A DNA stretch of 64,000 nucleotides, taken from positions 32,001-96,000 of the forward strand of contig JAWXAY010000094.1 of the NCBI GenBank assembly GCA_034439715.1. The letters are read 5' to 3'. This stretch comes from Pseudomonadota bacterium (GTDB taxonomy: Bacteria > Bdellovibrionota > Bdellovibrionia > Bdellovibrionales > SG-bin7). The notes under the pieces are model-generated. The model searched no databases and was not told the DNA's origin. It saw only the letters and a program-made list of their open reading frames with translations. Below, one piece after another: positions 30,071 through 41,045 of this stretch (position 1 is its first letter; each line of letters begins with the position of its first letter). Position numbers and translations under genes: made by a program.

Positions 30071-30798
30071 TGCTCCAGCGCCTCTTTTAAAAAATCCCTA
30101 ACTAAAGGCACTTGGCTCTTTTTGAGTTCACTGGGAGTCCCCATTTCTATAATATTGCCTTCAGACAAGACGATAATGCGGTCAGCGATGTCTAGCGCGC
30201 AGTTCATGTCATGGCTAACGACAACCGATGTCGTTTTTAACGTACGCGACAAATCAAAAATCAACTGGTTTATTGATTTTGTGGTGATGGGGTCAAGGCC
30301 GGTGGTGGGCTCATCAAATAACAGTATTTTTGGTTCAATCGCTATTGTGCGGGCTAAACTCACGCGTTTTTGCATTCCGTAAGACAGGTTACGTGGAAAT
30401 TTGGCTTCGACATCTTCTAAATGAACAAGACTGAGACATTTCAAGACTCTTTCGCGCAGGTGCTCTTCGCTCATTCGATAATGTTTGCGTAGTCCAAAAG
30501 CCACATTTTCGAAGATCGTGCGAGAATCAAACAATGCGGCATGCTGAAAGACCATGCCACATTTTTTTCTGACCGAAAAATACTCTTCTTCGGTGAGCTT
30601 TGATACCTCTTGACCATCAATCCAGATTTCGCCACCATCCGGCCGTAATAGTCCTACTATATTCTTTAGCAGAACGGACTTACCAGTACCTGAAGTTCCT
30701 AATATAAAAATAATTTCACCCTCGGCGATGTCAAATGAGAGATCTTTTAGAATTGTACGAGCGCCAAATTTTTTGGTTAAGTTTTTGAATTTAATCAT
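30067..30798 (-). CDS. mlaF: MlaF-like ABC ATPase (intact Walker B and H-loop, degenerate signature)
   Basis: GTSGTGKS, VFQ, LSYGM, LFDEPT, VSHD; start set at ATG 30798. Confidence 0.9.
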   Translation of the reverse strand: MIKFKNLTKKFGARTILKDLSFDIAEGEIIFILGTSGTGKSVLLKNIVGLLRPDGGEIWIDGQEVSKLTEEEYFSVRKKCGMVFQHAALFDSRTIFENVAFGLRKHYRMSEEHLRERVLKCLSLVHLEDVEAKFPRNLSYGMQKRVSLARTIAIEPKILLFDEPTTGLDPITTKSINQLIFDLSRTLKTTSVVVSHDMNCALDIADRIIVLSEGNIIEMGTPSELKKSQVPLVRDFLKEALEQ

Positions 30799-31558
30799 TG
30801 GCGTCTCTAATGGGAGGACGCTTGATTTCACCACGAATAAATTGTTGGACGCGGGGATCTGAGTGGAATTTGGTTTCTTGTGGGGTGCCCGTTAAAATTA
30901 CCTCGCCATCGATAATCATGGCTATTTTATCGGCCATTTGATAGGCGCGGTTCATGTCGTTTGTAATTGCGACAACCGTTGATCCATAGGTTTTTTTTAA
31001 TTCCAATATCAGCTGAATAATTTGGCGACTGGTTATTGGATCAAGTCCTGCCGTGGGATCATCATAAAAAACAATCTTAGGTTCTAGCGCCAATGCTCGG
31101 GCAATGCCTAATCTCTTTTGCATGCCGCCGCTTATTTCGTCCGGAAATAAATCTTTAGCGTCAAGAATTCCTACACTAGAAAGAAAGCGTGAACAGATCT
31201 CAAGAATTTCAACCTCTGATTTTGTTGTTGTTTCTCGTAGGGGAAAGGCAATATTGTCAGTGACGCAGAGAGAGTCAAATAGGGCGTTTTTTTGAAACAA
31301 AACTCCCATCTTGCACAGGAGCCTCTGCTTTTTAGATTCAGTAATATTTAAAAAGTCATGTCCTTCAACGGACACATCTCCCTGAGAGGGGCGAATAAGT
31401 CCACACATGATTTTTAAAAGCACCGTTTTACCGTGCCCACTGGGACCAATAAGAACCAAAGTTTCACCTTTGCCGACAGCAATGTTTACTTTAGTAAACA
31501 AGGTGTGGTTATCAAAAATCATACGTACATTCTGAAGTTCAATTGTTGGTGACGTCAT
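30791..31558 (-). CDS. mlaF: MlaF-like ABC ATPase (degenerate Walker B and H-loop)
   Basis: GPSGHGKT, ISGGM, FYDDPT, ITND; start set at ATG 31558. Confidence 0.88.
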   Translation of the reverse strand: MTSPTIELQNVRMIFDNHTLFTKVNIAVGKGETLVLIGPSGHGKTVLLKIMCGLIRPSQGDVSVEGHDFLNITESKKQRLLCKMGVLFQKNALFDSLCVTDNIAFPLRETTTKSEVEILEICSRFLSSVGILDAKDLFPDEISGGMQKRLGIARALALEPKIVFYDDPTAGLDPITSRQIIQLILELKKTYGSTVVAITNDMNRAYQMADKIAMIIDGEVILTGTPQETKFHSDPRVQQFIRGEIKRPPIRDAND

Positions 31559-31833
31559 ATTTACTCTGTTAGATATGTTATGGTGTAAAATTGACACGTG
31601 TCTACAAAAGAATTAAGGCTAGTGACGCATTGGAACTGCACGGGGCGATTTGGGCGAGTTTTTTACTTTGAAAACGATGCCTTTTGCCTCGGAAGATTTG
31701 TCAATGACACTGTATTCACGGTCGACTATTTCTGCAAAAATTTTTTAAAACAACGCCATTTTGTTAGATGACCTGAAGTTAGAAATATCGATATGGACTT
31801 GTAAATTCCATTGGCTTTTATTAGATACCAGGC

Positions 31834-32874
31834 ATGTACCTCTCTAATTTAAAAGTCATTGACCCACCTTTTTCTATTAAGCAAAACGAGGCGCTTCGTT
31901 GGATCGCAAAGGCTCATGCCTTAAGTGATCCTCATAGAGATTTTTTGCGTCTAGTGGAGCGCTATGGCTGCAGCGCGGAGCAAATCAATCAACGGTTTCA
32001 TTTTAATTCAGAATTATTTTCTGAGCCAACTTTAGAGGGACTAACTGCTAATTTAAAGCCAAACCTTCAGGAGAGAATGGCTTTTTATACTAAAATTGTA
32101 AATGAGCTGTTTGAACAAAATTATCGCGAAACAAATAATCCTCCCGACGGTATTTTTCATGTCACTTGCACCGGCTATCAGTCGCCAAGTGCCGCACAGA
32201 GATTAGTTTCAAAAAGAGCTTGGCCGAGCCAAGTTGTTCATCTTTACCATATGGGCTGTTACGCGGCCCTGCCAGCTGTGAGGTTAGCGAATTCGATTCT
32301 TAATTTTGAGGGTTTTAAGCGTATAGACTTAATGCATACAGAGCTTTGCACCTTACATTTTCAAAGCCAAAATCACGATCCTGAGCAATTGGTGGTACAA
32401 AGTCTTTTTGGCGATGGAGCGATTTCTTATTCACTCGAGCTTTTGCCGCCACGTATTGGGTTTAAGCTTTTGTGGAGTGGGGAGCGAGTGATTCCTAATA
32501 GTTTGGATTCCATGACTTGGGGCTTGGGACCCAATGGGTTTACGATGTCTCTAAAAAGAGAAGTTCCGAAATTAATAAAAGAAAATATTAAAGCTTTTGT
32601 AAATGGAATACCGCTAAAAAAATCCAAGATACTTTGGGCAGTTCATCCGGGCGGGCCAAAAATTATTGAGACAATCGCCCATGAGCTTGATTTAAATTTA
32701 GAGCAAGTGGGCGCTAGTATCGATGTACTCAAAGAGCGAGGCAACATGTCTTCGGCAACATTGCCGCATATCTGGGAAAAAATCCTAAAAATCGCAATGC
32801 CTGGAGATCAAGTTGTAAGCCTGGCCTTTGGGCCTGGATTGACCATCTATGGATCATTAATGGAGGTATTGTGA
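31834..32874 (+). CDS. Type III polyketide synthase
   Basis: Catalytic triad MGCYA / VHPGG / GNMSS; LFGDGA; AFGPG. Confidence 0.93.
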   Translation: MYLSNLKVIDPPFSIKQNEALRWIAKAHALSDPHRDFLRLVERYGCSAEQINQRFHFNSELFSEPTLEGLTANLKPNLQERMAFYTKIVNELFEQNYRETNNPPDGIFHVTCTGYQSPSAAQRLVSKRAWPSQVVHLYHMGCYAALPAVRLANSILNFEGFKRIDLMHTELCTLHFQSQNHDPEQLVVQSLFGDGAISYSLELLPPRIGFKLLWSGERVIPNSLDSMTWGLGPNGFTMSLKREVPKLIKENIKAFVNGIPLKKSKILWAVHPGGPKIIETIAHELDLNLEQVGASIDVLKERGNMSSATLPHIWEKILKIAMPGDQVVSLAFGPGLTIYGSLMEVL

Positions 32875-33305
32875 TTTGGATTCTACCAGTCATAGTGCAA
32901 GGAATATTAATGGCTGTAGATGAATTTTATTTTCATCGCCGTCGAGGACTACCAAAGTGGGAGATATGGGGGCATCCCGTAGATACACTTTCGGTATTGC
33001 TTTGTCTCACGCTAATTATACTCTTTCCACAAATGACCTGGCAATATTACCTCGTACCCGCTACGGTTTCGTGTTTGTGTGTGACTAAAGATGAATGGGT
33101 GCATTCAGAGTTGTGCGAGCCCTTTGAAGGCTGGATACACTCTTTACTTTTTATCATTCATCCCTTGGTCCTTTGGTCATTTTTTGAATTGGCCAAGGCT
33201 CATATTTCGTTTTTGTTTTACTTGCTCCTGGGGCTGCTTGTTTTTCTGATTTACCAGATTGTTTTTTGGGGGTTCCTTAGAAAAAATGAAATCAAAAGCA
33301 ATTAA
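32871..33305 (+). CDS. Small membrane protein with repeated Asp/Glu/His motifs
   Basis: 4-5 TM segments; DEFYFH...EIWGHP and DEWVH...EGWIHS; GTGA-coupled to the PKS. Confidence 0.7.
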   Translation: MIWILPVIVQGILMAVDEFYFHRRRGLPKWEIWGHPVDTLSVLLCLTLIILFPQMTWQYYLVPATVSCLCVTKDEWVHSELCEPFEGWIHSLLFIIHPLVLWSFFELAKAHISFLFYLLLGLLVFLIYQIVFWGFLRKNEIKSN

Positions 33306-34023
33306 TAACGAATTTTACAATGATTTGGGTGACAGGTGGTATTTCGCAAAGGATGACCCGGTGGCCCTACTGCGTGCAGAGAATAAAGTAAAATATGCCT
33401 GGATTAGTCCAAAACTTATGGTGGGTTCAAAAATATTAGATGTCGGCTGTGGGGCAGGGTTTATGGCCAATCAATTGGCTCAAGATGGCTTCGATGTGGT
33501 CGCCCTTGATGCCTCAAATGAGAGTTTAAATGTCGCCAGAAGATTTGATTCTACTAAAAAGGTCAAATATATATTGGGCAATGCCTACACGCTGCCCTTT
33601 GACGATCAAAAATTTGATTCGGTAGTTTGTTTAGATTTTTTGGAGCACGTAGAAGATCCGGCTTTAGTTATCAAAGAGATCAGTCGTGTGCTAAAACCCG
33701 GGGGTGATTTTTTCTTTCACACCTTTGACAGAAACTGGCTCAGCTATTTAATAGTTATTAAAGGGGTTGAGTGGTTTGTAAAAAACACGCCAAAAAATAT
33801 GCATGTTTATCCCTTATTTATTAAACCGCAGGAGCTGCAAGGCATGATGGATAAAGAGCAGTTGATAGCCAAGGAATGGGTAGGCATAAGGCCAAAAGTT
33901 TTCAATCGAGCCTTCTTTAGCTCACTTTTTAATCGAATTGTGTCGGATAATTTTGAGTTCACTACCACTAAGTCACTTAAGATTTCTTACTTGGGCCATG
34001 CGGTAAAGGCACAAAGGGCCTAA
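33286..34023 (+). CDS. UbiG-like SAM-dependent O-methyltransferase
   Basis: ILDVGCGAG, LEHVEDP, LKPGG, FIKPQEL; start set at ATG 33286. Confidence 0.85.
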   Translation: MKSKAINNEFYNDLGDRWYFAKDDPVALLRAENKVKYAWISPKLMVGSKILDVGCGAGFMANQLAQDGFDVVALDASNESLNVARRFDSTKKVKYILGNAYTLPFDDQKFDSVVCLDFLEHVEDPALVIKEISRVLKPGGDFFFHTFDRNWLSYLIVIKGVEWFVKNTPKNMHVYPLFIKPQELQGMMDKEQLIAKEWVGIRPKVFNRAFFSSLFNRIVSDNFEFTTTKSLKISYLGHAVKAQRA

Positions 34024-34120
34024 CGCCCCGCCAAACGCCAGCTTGTCTTTGGCAAATCGTTGATAATCCACTAACTTTTATTGTTGTCCAAATCTATAAA
34101 TCCTAAAAGATGAGGAATCT

Positions 34121-35365
34121 ATGGCCACCTTTACAAAGATTAAAGTCCCTTCCCAAGGCGCAAAAATAAAAGTCGCTAATAATTCAAAATTACAAGTCCC
34201 CGATAACCCCATACTTTGTTTTATAGAGGGCGATGGCACGGGTGCTGATATCTGGGCGGCTTCGCAGATGGTATTTGATGCCGCAGTCGAAAAGGCCTAC
34301 ATGGGAAAAAGAAAAATTCACTGGTGTGAGATTTTTGCTGGCGACAAGGCCATAAAAGTTTATGACCAATTTTTGCCTGAAGAAACTCTGGCTGCGATTA
34401 AAGAATTTACGGTGGCCATCAAAGGCCCACTTTCAACTCCCGTTGGCGGAGGAATTCGCTCACTAAACGTGGCGCTAAGAAAAGATTTAGATCTTTATGC
34501 GTGCGTGAGACCTGTCAAGTGGTACCCAGGAGTGCCGGCGCCAGTCACTCATCCTAATTTAGTTAACATGGTCATCTTTCGCGAAAATACCGAAGATGTT
34601 TATGCGGGTGTTGAATGGAAGGCAGGCTCACCCGAAGCCAATGAAGTGATCGCACTCGCAAAGAAGTTTAATAAAAATATACGTGAGAATTCAGCAATTG
34701 GCATTAAACCCATGAGTGAGCATGGCTCAAAACGACTCATCGAAAAAGCCATTGAATTTGCTAAAGAAAAAAATCTTCCTAGCGTTACTTTGGTTCATAA
34801 AGGCAACATCATGAAGTTTACCGAGGGGGCTTTTAAGGACTGGGGCTACGAAGTCGCTAAAACTAAGTTTGGTGATATTACTATCACCGAGGCTGAAGTT
34901 TTTGAAAAGTTTAATGGCAAAGCACCGAGTGGTAAGATTGTTGTGAAAGATCGAATAGCCGATAGTATGTTTCAACAATGTTTATTGCGACCGGATGAGT
35001 ATTCTGTGGTGGCAACACCAAATCTCAATGGTGATTATATTTCTGATGCCTTGGCTGCGCAAGTTGGTGGATTGGGTATCGCCCCGGGGGCAAACATTGG
35101 TTATGGCCTAGCGGTTTTTGAGGCCACTCATGGGACAGCGCCCAAGTACGCAGGCCAAGACAAGGTTAACCCAGGTTCTGTGATTTTATCAGGAGGGATG
35201 ATGCTTGAATATATGGGTTGGATTGAAGCTGCAAAAATGATCGAACAAGGAATAGAAAAATCCATAAAAAATAAGCGCGTCACCTACGACTTTCATCGTC
35301 AGATGGAAGGGGCAACACTTTTAAAGTGTTCTGAGTTTGGTCGCGAAATCATAAAAAATATGTAA
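34121..35365 (+). CDS. icd: Isocitrate dehydrogenase (NADP)
   Basis: [43 protein letters not shown]. Confidence 0.97.
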   Translation: MATFTKIKVPSQGAKIKVANNSKLQVPDNPILCFIEGDGTGADIWAASQMVFDAAVEKAYMGKRKIHWCEIFAGDKAIKVYDQFLPEETLAAIKEFTVAIKGPLSTPVGGGIRSLNVALRKDLDLYACVRPVKWYPGVPAPVTHPNLVNMVIFRENTEDVYAGVEWKAGSPEANEVIALAKKFNKNIRENSAIGIKPMSEHGSKRLIEKAIEFAKEKNLPSVTLVHKGNIMKFTEGAFKDWGYEVAKTKFGDITITEAEVFEKFNGKAPSGKIVVKDRIADSMFQQCLLRPDEYSVVATPNLNGDYISDALAAQVGGLGIAPGANIGYGLAVFEATHGTAPKYAGQDKVNPGSVILSGGMMLEYMGWIEAAKMIEQGIEKSIKNKRVTYDFHRQMEGATLLKCSEFGREIIKNM

Positions 35366-35376
35366 GGAGAATTCTC

Positions 35377-36321
35377 ATGTTAAACGGACGACATAAAATA
35401 ACAGTTGTAGGCGCCGGTTTTGTTGGTTCTACATGTGCGCATTGGGCCGCATCTAAAGAACTAGGCGATGTGGTATTAATTGATATCAATAAGGGTGCTG
35501 CAGCAGGCAAGGCACTAGATTTGTTTGAAGCTTCACCTGTCGAACAATTTGATTCAAATGTTATAGGTACCGACGACTACGCTCAATGTAAAGAATCCGA
35601 TGTCGTAATAATCACAGCCGGAATACCTAGAAAACCGGGCATGAGCCGCGATGATTTACTGTCGACAAATGCAAAAATTATGAAGGCGGCCTGTACCGAA
35701 ATAAAGATACATGCACCAAATTCCGTGATCATTGTGGTGAGTAATCCACTCGATGCAATGGCCTATGTTGCTAAAGAAGTAACTGGCTTTCCACGAAATC
35801 GAATTATAGGTATGGCCGGAGTACTCGATAGCGCGCGATTTAGATCATTTATTGCCGAAGAACTTAAAGTGAGTGTTAAAGATGTTCAGGCTTTCGTGCT
35901 GGGTGGCCACGGTGATACTATGGTGCCTATGCCCAACCATGTTTCGGTGGGAGGAGTGCCGCTAAAAGAACTTTTATCAGAGGAGCGTATCAATGCCCTC
36001 GTTGATCGCACTCGTACAGGTGGCGCCGAGATTGTAGGTTTACTCAAAACAGGTTCTGCCTATTATGCACCAGCGGCAAGTGCTGTGCAAATGCCTGAAT
36101 CCATAATTAAAGATCAAAAAAGAATTCTTCCGTGTGCTGCTTACTTGGAAGGTGAGTACGGAGTTAAGGGATTATTTATTGGTGTGCTTTGTAAACTTGG
36201 TAAAGGTGGAATGGAAAAAGTTATTGAAGTCAAATTATCGGATAAAGAAAAAGCTGGTCTAGCAAATTCTACTAAGGCTGTGCAAGAACTTGTCGACGCG
36301 CTAAAAAAGGTGGAGTTCTAG
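35377..36321 (+). CDS. mdh: Malate dehydrogenase (LDH-like)
   Basis: [28 protein letters not shown]. Confidence 0.97.
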   Translation: MLNGRHKITVVGAGFVGSTCAHWAASKELGDVVLIDINKGAAAGKALDLFEASPVEQFDSNVIGTDDYAQCKESDVVIITAGIPRKPGMSRDDLLSTNAKIMKAACTEIKIHAPNSVIIVVSNPLDAMAYVAKEVTGFPRNRIIGMAGVLDSARFRSFIAEELKVSVKDVQAFVLGGHGDTMVPMPNHVSVGGVPLKELLSEERINALVDRTRTGGAEIVGLLKTGSAYYAPAASAVQMPESIIKDQKRILPCAAYLEGEYGVKGLFIGVLCKLGKGGMEKVIEVKLSDKEKAGLANSTKAVQELVDALKKVEF

Positions 36322-36324
36322 TCA

Positions 36325-37494
36325 ATGAATATTCACGAGTATCAGGCGAAAGAAGTTTTACGAAAATTTAATGTTCCGACCTTAAAAGGTAAAATTGCAA
36401 AAACCGCAGACGAAGCTCTCGCTGTTGCTAAAGAACTCGGCGGCAGTATTTGGGTGGTGAAAGCCCAAATTCATGCGGGCGGCCGCGGTAAAGGTGGAGG
36501 CGTAAAACTTGCAAAGAGTCTCGATGAAGTAAAAAAACATGCCACAGAAATTATTGGGATGAATTTGATAACCCATCAGACGGGTCCCCAAGGAAAACGA
36601 GTCAACCTAGTTCTTATCGAAGAGGGTTGTCAGATATCAAAAGAGTATTATTGTGCGTGCTTAATCGATCGCGCCTCTTCAAAAGTGACGATGATGGTGA
36701 GTTCTGAGGGTGGCATGAACATTGAGGAAGTGGCCCATTCAAAACCCGAGGCCATTATTAAAGTTGCCGTAGATTCTGCCACAGGACTTGGAGCATGGCA
36801 GGCACGTAAAATGGCTTTTGCTGTTGGCATGAGTGCCGAAGTTGTCAACAAGGCGGTCCCTGTTTTGATGAATCTCTATAAGGCATTTGTTAATAGCGAC
36901 TGTGCACTTCTGGAAATTAACCCTTTAGTGGTAACAAAAGATAATAGTGTTATTGCCCTGGACGCCAAAATGAATTTTGACTCCAACGGACTTTTTCGTC
37001 ACAAAGATATTGTAGCCTATCGAGATATCAGTGAAGAAGATCCTGCTGAGTACGAAGCCAGTAAATTTGATCTCGCGTTCATTAAATTGGACGGTAACAT
37101 CGGCTGCTTAGTTAATGGCGCTGGCTTGGCCATGTCAACTATGGATATTATTAAAATTCACGGGGGAGAGCCAGCAAATTTTTTGGACGTGGGCGGTGGT
37201 GCTGATCGCGAAAAAGTGACTGCGGCTTTTAAAATAATTTTACAAGATAAAAACGTTAAAGCGATTTTGGTAAATATTTTTGGTGGCATAATGAAGTGTG
37301 ATGTGATCGCTGAGGGAATTATTGCGGCCTCCAGGGAGTTGGGGCTTAAAGTTCCACTTGTCGTAAGGCTGCAAGGTACTAACGTCGAATTAGGTAAAAA
37401 GATTTTACAAGAGAGTGGCCTCAATATTACGCCGGCCGATGAGTTAACTGATGCCGCATTGAAGGTCGTTAAGGCTGCAAGGGGACCCAGATAA
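36325..37494 (+). CDS. sucC: Succinyl-CoA synthetase beta subunit
   Basis: [30 protein letters not shown]. Confidence 0.98.
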   Translation: MNIHEYQAKEVLRKFNVPTLKGKIAKTADEALAVAKELGGSIWVVKAQIHAGGRGKGGGVKLAKSLDEVKKHATEIIGMNLITHQTGPQGKRVNLVLIEEGCQISKEYYCACLIDRASSKVTMMVSSEGGMNIEEVAHSKPEAIIKVAVDSATGLGAWQARKMAFAVGMSAEVVNKAVPVLMNLYKAFVNSDCALLEINPLVVTKDNSVIALDAKMNFDSNGLFRHKDIVAYRDISEEDPAEYEASKFDLAFIKLDGNIGCLVNGAGLAMSTMDIIKIHGGEPANFLDVGGGADREKVTAAFKIILQDKNVKAILVNIFGGIMKCDVIAEGIIAASRELGLKVPLVVRLQGTNVELGKKILQESGLNITPADELTDAALKVVKAARGPR

Positions 37495-38360
37495 TGTCGA
37501 TCATGATCAACAAAAACACCAAAGTCATTTGTCAGGGCTTTACCGGTACTCACGGTACTTTTCACTCTGAGCAGTCCCTAAAATATGGCACCAAACTTGT
37601 TGGTGGAATAACACCTGGTAAAGGCGGAACTAAGCATATAGACCTGCCCGTCTATAATACGGTAGAGGAAGCAGTAAAAAAAACAGGGGCCAACGCCACT
37701 ATGATTTATGTGCCGCCACCATTTGCCGCTGATGCTATAATGGAAGCTGTAGATGCCGGCCTTGACCTTGTCGTTTGCATTACCGAGGGTATTCCCGTAC
37801 TCGACATGCTCGGTGTAAAACGTTTTATGCAAGGAAAAAAAACGAGACTTATAGGTCCAAACTGTCCTGGCGTCATTACTCCCGGAGAGTGCAAAATTGG
37901 CATTATGCCAGGGCACATTCATAAGCCGGGAAAAATCGGAGTGCTTTCGCGTTCTGGCACACTCACTTACGAAGCGGTTCATCAATTAACTAACGTCGGA
38001 TTGGGGCAAAGTACTTGCGTTGGCATCGGTGGCGACCCAATCAATGGCACCAATTTTATTGATGTCTTAGAAATGTTTAACAAAGATTCCGATACGGATG
38101 CGGTTATTATGATCGGTGAAATTGGTGGTTCGGCAGAAGAAGAAGCCGCTGAATATATTAAGCGCGAATTTAAAAAACCTGTCACTTGTTTTATTGCTGG
38201 TGCCACAGCTCCCAAAGGCAAACGTATGGGTCACGCTGGAGCTATTATCAGTGGTGGCAAGGGAACAGCCGAAGATAAATTTGAAGCACTTAAGTCGGCT
38301 GGCTGCCATATTTCAAAAAGTCCGGCTGACATGGGCACGACTTTAAAGGCGTCCTTATAG
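37494..38360 (+). CDS. sucD: Succinyl-CoA synthetase alpha subunit
   Basis: [26 protein letters not shown]. Confidence 0.98.
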   Translation: MSIMINKNTKVICQGFTGTHGTFHSEQSLKYGTKLVGGITPGKGGTKHIDLPVYNTVEEAVKKTGANATMIYVPPPFAADAIMEAVDAGLDLVVCITEGIPVLDMLGVKRFMQGKKTRLIGPNCPGVITPGECKIGIMPGHIHKPGKIGVLSRSGTLTYEAVHQLTNVGLGQSTCVGIGGDPINGTNFIDVLEMFNKDSDTDAVIMIGEIGGSAEEEAAEYIKREFKKPVTCFIAGATAPKGKRMGHAGAIISGGKGTAEDKFEALKSAGCHISKSPADMGTTLKASL

Positions 38361-38398
38361 ATTCATGGCATATTAAGTGCTCTTAATCTTCTTGCCCC

Positions 38399-38734
38399 AT
38401 GCAAGGAGAAATTAGAATGCTCGCCTACCAAATCGTGGCCGGTTTTTCGGAAATCAAATCTCAATTACGGAAACAGACTAACCTTTCTAAATCTTTAGAA
38501 GTGTTGCAGTTATGGTTTAGTTTTGAAGAAGATGTATTGTATGCGCATGACTTTCATGATCATAAAAAGTGTATGGCGCTAGCGGTTTATAAGAGAAATA
38601 ACAGTTCTTGGTTAGTAACGTTTCGAGGTAGTGCTTATGGTAGACAGGTAATTGAGTATGGCATTAATAGATCTGAACTAAATAAATTGGCTTATATCTT
38701 CAATGATTTGTATAAGTCACACGGGTATATTTGA
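38399..38734 (+). CDS. Hypothetical protein
   Basis: 111-aa ORF; GGAG RBS before a second ATG at 38417; no recognised motif. Confidence 0.4.
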   Translation: MQGEIRMLAYQIVAGFSEIKSQLRKQTNLSKSLEVLQLWFSFEEDVLYAHDFHDHKKCMALAVYKRNNSSWLVTFRGSAYGRQVIEYGINRSELNKLAYIFNDLYKSHGYI

Positions 38735-39166
38735 CTTCGATCCGGCCAGCGCTTCCGCAATTTCGCCAAAACCACGGTCAAGCAGCTCGCGTGGTGGCAT
38801 GGGGAAGTTTTCTTCATTTCTATGCTGACGTTCCATGGGTCGGTGGTTTAGTGTTTTGTCTGGCCAAATTTCAAAGCGATCGGAATAAAAAAATCCCAGA
38901 CATAGGACTTCATAGCGACCTTTGCAGAATTTAAGCATTATTGCGGTACGCATGAACTTGGTATCGTAATAAAAATCAGCAAAATCGTCTCGACTACTAA
39001 AAGTTTTCTGCCATATGATTTTTGAGTTTTTCTCACCTATGTAATCTAATTTAAAAAAGTAAATAGTGTTTTGGTGATGATCATAGTTTCTTTGGACTTC
39101 TGAAATGAGCAGATCCAGCAACTTGGGTTCAGATGTGGAATTGTTTAGAAGCGCTTCGAAAGCCAT
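38717..39166 (-). CDS. Hypothetical protein
   Basis: 149-aa ORF; no recognised motif. Confidence 0.45.
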   Translation of the reverse strand: MAFEALLNNSTSEPKLLDLLISEVQRNYDHHQNTIYFFKLDYIGEKNSKIIWQKTFSSRDDFADFYYDTKFMRTAIMLKFCKGRYEVLCLGFFYSDRFEIWPDKTLNHRPMERQHRNEENFPMPPRELLDRGFGEIAEALAGSKSNIPV

Positions 39167-39286
39167 GGCAGCTTATCGGCAATGACCCAGCGAACATCAG
39201 CTCGACTTGGCTTTGGTCGGGGTGGGGGGCTCTTCCGCTCACGAAGTCAGTGCGTTTTAAAAATCTAACTTTAAGAAAGCAAGCGG

Positions 39287-39766
39287 TTAAATGACAACAT
39301 CAATTACTTTCGCTGGAGGACCCTTTAGCTTAAGATCTTTTAAAAGCTGAGCCAGATTTCTGGGCACAAACTCCTCTTTTGAATTAGAGATCTCTGTAAT
39401 AGTCCACCACCGGAACTCTTTTAGAATTAACATTTCAGAGTCATCCGGATTTAAAGTTGGTTGTGGCGCAAACCGTTCTGTCAGAATGAAAAAAAAATCT
39501 TCATGCTGTTCTATTATTTTTTCTTTCCACTGAAAGCTATGGAATCGTGTCCAGACTTTAGCACCTAAGCTATCAATTTCCAATCCCAACTCTTCGTAGA
39601 GCTCACGTCTGAGAGCAGTAGCTTCATTTTCGCCAGCATCAATTCCGCCACCAGGAGTAATCCAGCCTTTCCAGTACCCATTTGGATTTTCAATCTGAAT
39701 CAAGAGAACTTCGTCATTCGGTGTAAGCAGTATAGCCCTACAACATTTGCGTTTAATAGTTTCCAT
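39287..39766 (-). CDS. NUDIX hydrolase
   Basis: Nudix box PGGGIDAGENEATALRRELYEELG. Confidence 0.93.
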   Translation of the reverse strand: METIKRKCCRAILLTPNDEVLLIQIENPNGYWKGWITPGGGIDAGENEATALRRELYEELGLEIDSLGAKVWTRFHSFQWKEKIIEQHEDFFFILTERFAPQPTLNPDDSEMLILKEFRWWTITEISNSKEEFVPRNLAQLLKDLKLKGPPAKVIDVVI

Positions 39767-39947
39767 GTGACGACACTAAACTCTTCAAGTCTCCTTGTCC
39801 ACCAAAGTGGAATCCCAAACCGACCACCTTTAGACCACAAACGCTCAAAAGTAATGACCGTCACATAAGCGTCTACTTACCGACATAACAGGCCCTAGGT
39901 CTTGGTCCAAATTGACCTAGGCATAACCCAACCATTAAAATTGAATA

Positions 39948-40601
39948 ATGAAAAATATCAAACTTATATTGTTAAAAATAGTGGTAACAATTTCAATGGT
40001 TTCGTTAACAGCAAAGCTGCAGGCTCAAGACATGCAGACATTTAAATTAATGAAAGGGATTGGTGCCTGCGCTAGTCTTCCGCAAACAGATAATAATTTT
40101 GAGTGTAAAGCTATTGGTTGGCCTGATCAAAACTCAAGAGTTGATCTAATTAAGCAGGAGTTTGTTGAGAAAAATGGTAAACAAGTTCGGTGGGGACAGT
40201 TTGATTACTACTATTTTTTTAGTGGAGTAAAAAAGTGTGAGTCGCATAAGTCTAAAATTCTAAGCCACCTTAAGGAACGAAAGGACGTCAACGAGCTTTT
40301 AGAAGGACTGGGTGCAGACAGAGACTGTATTCGCCAAGGTCGTGGTTGGATTCAAACTCGAAACGTTGAAATTTGGACCGACAAAACTGAAGAAAAAAAT
40401 CAGGAAAAGAATCAGGAAAAGAAAGAGGAGACAAGCGTCGCGCCCAAGCAAGACTATATGACGGTAGAACTAAAAAAAGTTAAGTCTAGTTCCAAGAAAA
40501 CTACAGTTATAAAATATGATGAAGAGCGAGAACCGCAATCTTCTCAAGAAGCCACAATAAAATCTCCGACTACCGAGCGATTACCTAAAGAGTATTTTTA
40601 A
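39948..40601 (+). CDS. Secreted hypothetical protein
   Basis: Signal peptide, four-Cys domain, charged low-complexity tail. Confidence 0.6.
   Translation: MKNIKLILLKIVVTISMVSLTAKLQAQDMQTFKLMKGIGACASLPQTDNNFECKAIGWPDQNSRVDLIKQEFVEKNGKQVRWGQFDYYYFFSGVKKCESHKSKILSHLKERKDVNELLEGLGADRDCIRQGRGWIQTRNVEIWTDKTEEKNQEKNQEKKEETSVAPKQDYMTVELKKVKSSSKKTTVIKYDEEREPQSSQEATIKSPTTERLPKEYF
40392..40427 (+). repeat. In-frame 12-bp tandem repeat (EKNQ-EKNQ-EKKE)
   Basis: GAAAAAAATCAG GAAAAGAATCAG GAAAAGAAAGAG. Confidence 0.7.
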
Positions 40602-40986
40602 AAGTGTTTCCACTTTCTCTAGAAAAAACGAGATAGAGTACCAGGTATAGGATAACGGTCACACCCAAAGACGAGACAGCCAGAACAAGAGTTAAAAATC
40701 GTGTTAGGCCAACCTCTGTCTGAAAGCGTTGGCTGAGCTCGTTGCATACGCCCAATATTTTAGGTTGGTAGGCTTGCGCTACTTGGCTTTCGCGCGGCAA
40801 ACTAAACATTAATCCCACATAGACAAAAATACTGAGCCCCAAAAACAAGATACCTATGAGCCAAATTAGCCTAACGATCCACGGCTCAATACCCAACGCT
40901 TTAGCCAGCCCTTCGCAAACGCCAGCAACCCAACCATCGTTATTGCGTACCCATCGATCAGTGTCTCTATTAACATTTAAAATCAT
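40585..40986 (-). CDS. Tandem PspC-domain membrane protein
   Basis: Two PspC motifs, VAGVCEGLA and ILGVCNELS, each followed by a TM segment. Confidence 0.85.
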   Translation of the reverse strand: MILNVNRDTDRWVRNNDGWVAGVCEGLAKALGIEPWIVRLIWLIGILFLGLSIFVYVGLMFSLPRESQVAQAYQPKILGVCNELSQRFQTEVGLTRFLTLVLAVSSLGVTVILYLVLYLVFSRESGNTFKNTL

Positions 40987-41045
40987 GGCAAGATTCTTAC
41001 TCCTTCTCTTGCCGAAAGGGCAAGAAAATTGTTAGATTTGGTTCT

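Noticed and set aside
31619..31812. Minus-strand pseudogene between mlaF and the PKS
   Set aside because: A frame of about 60 codons with one internal TAA, but no start, RBS or recognisable motif
33286..34023. Assigning the symbol ubiG
   Set aside because: The fold is UbiG-like, but coupling to a type III PKS suggests another substrate
36091..36099. Pro in mdh helix (QMPES where QMAES is usual)
   Set aside because: Single-base difference; cannot separate a variant from a sequencing error
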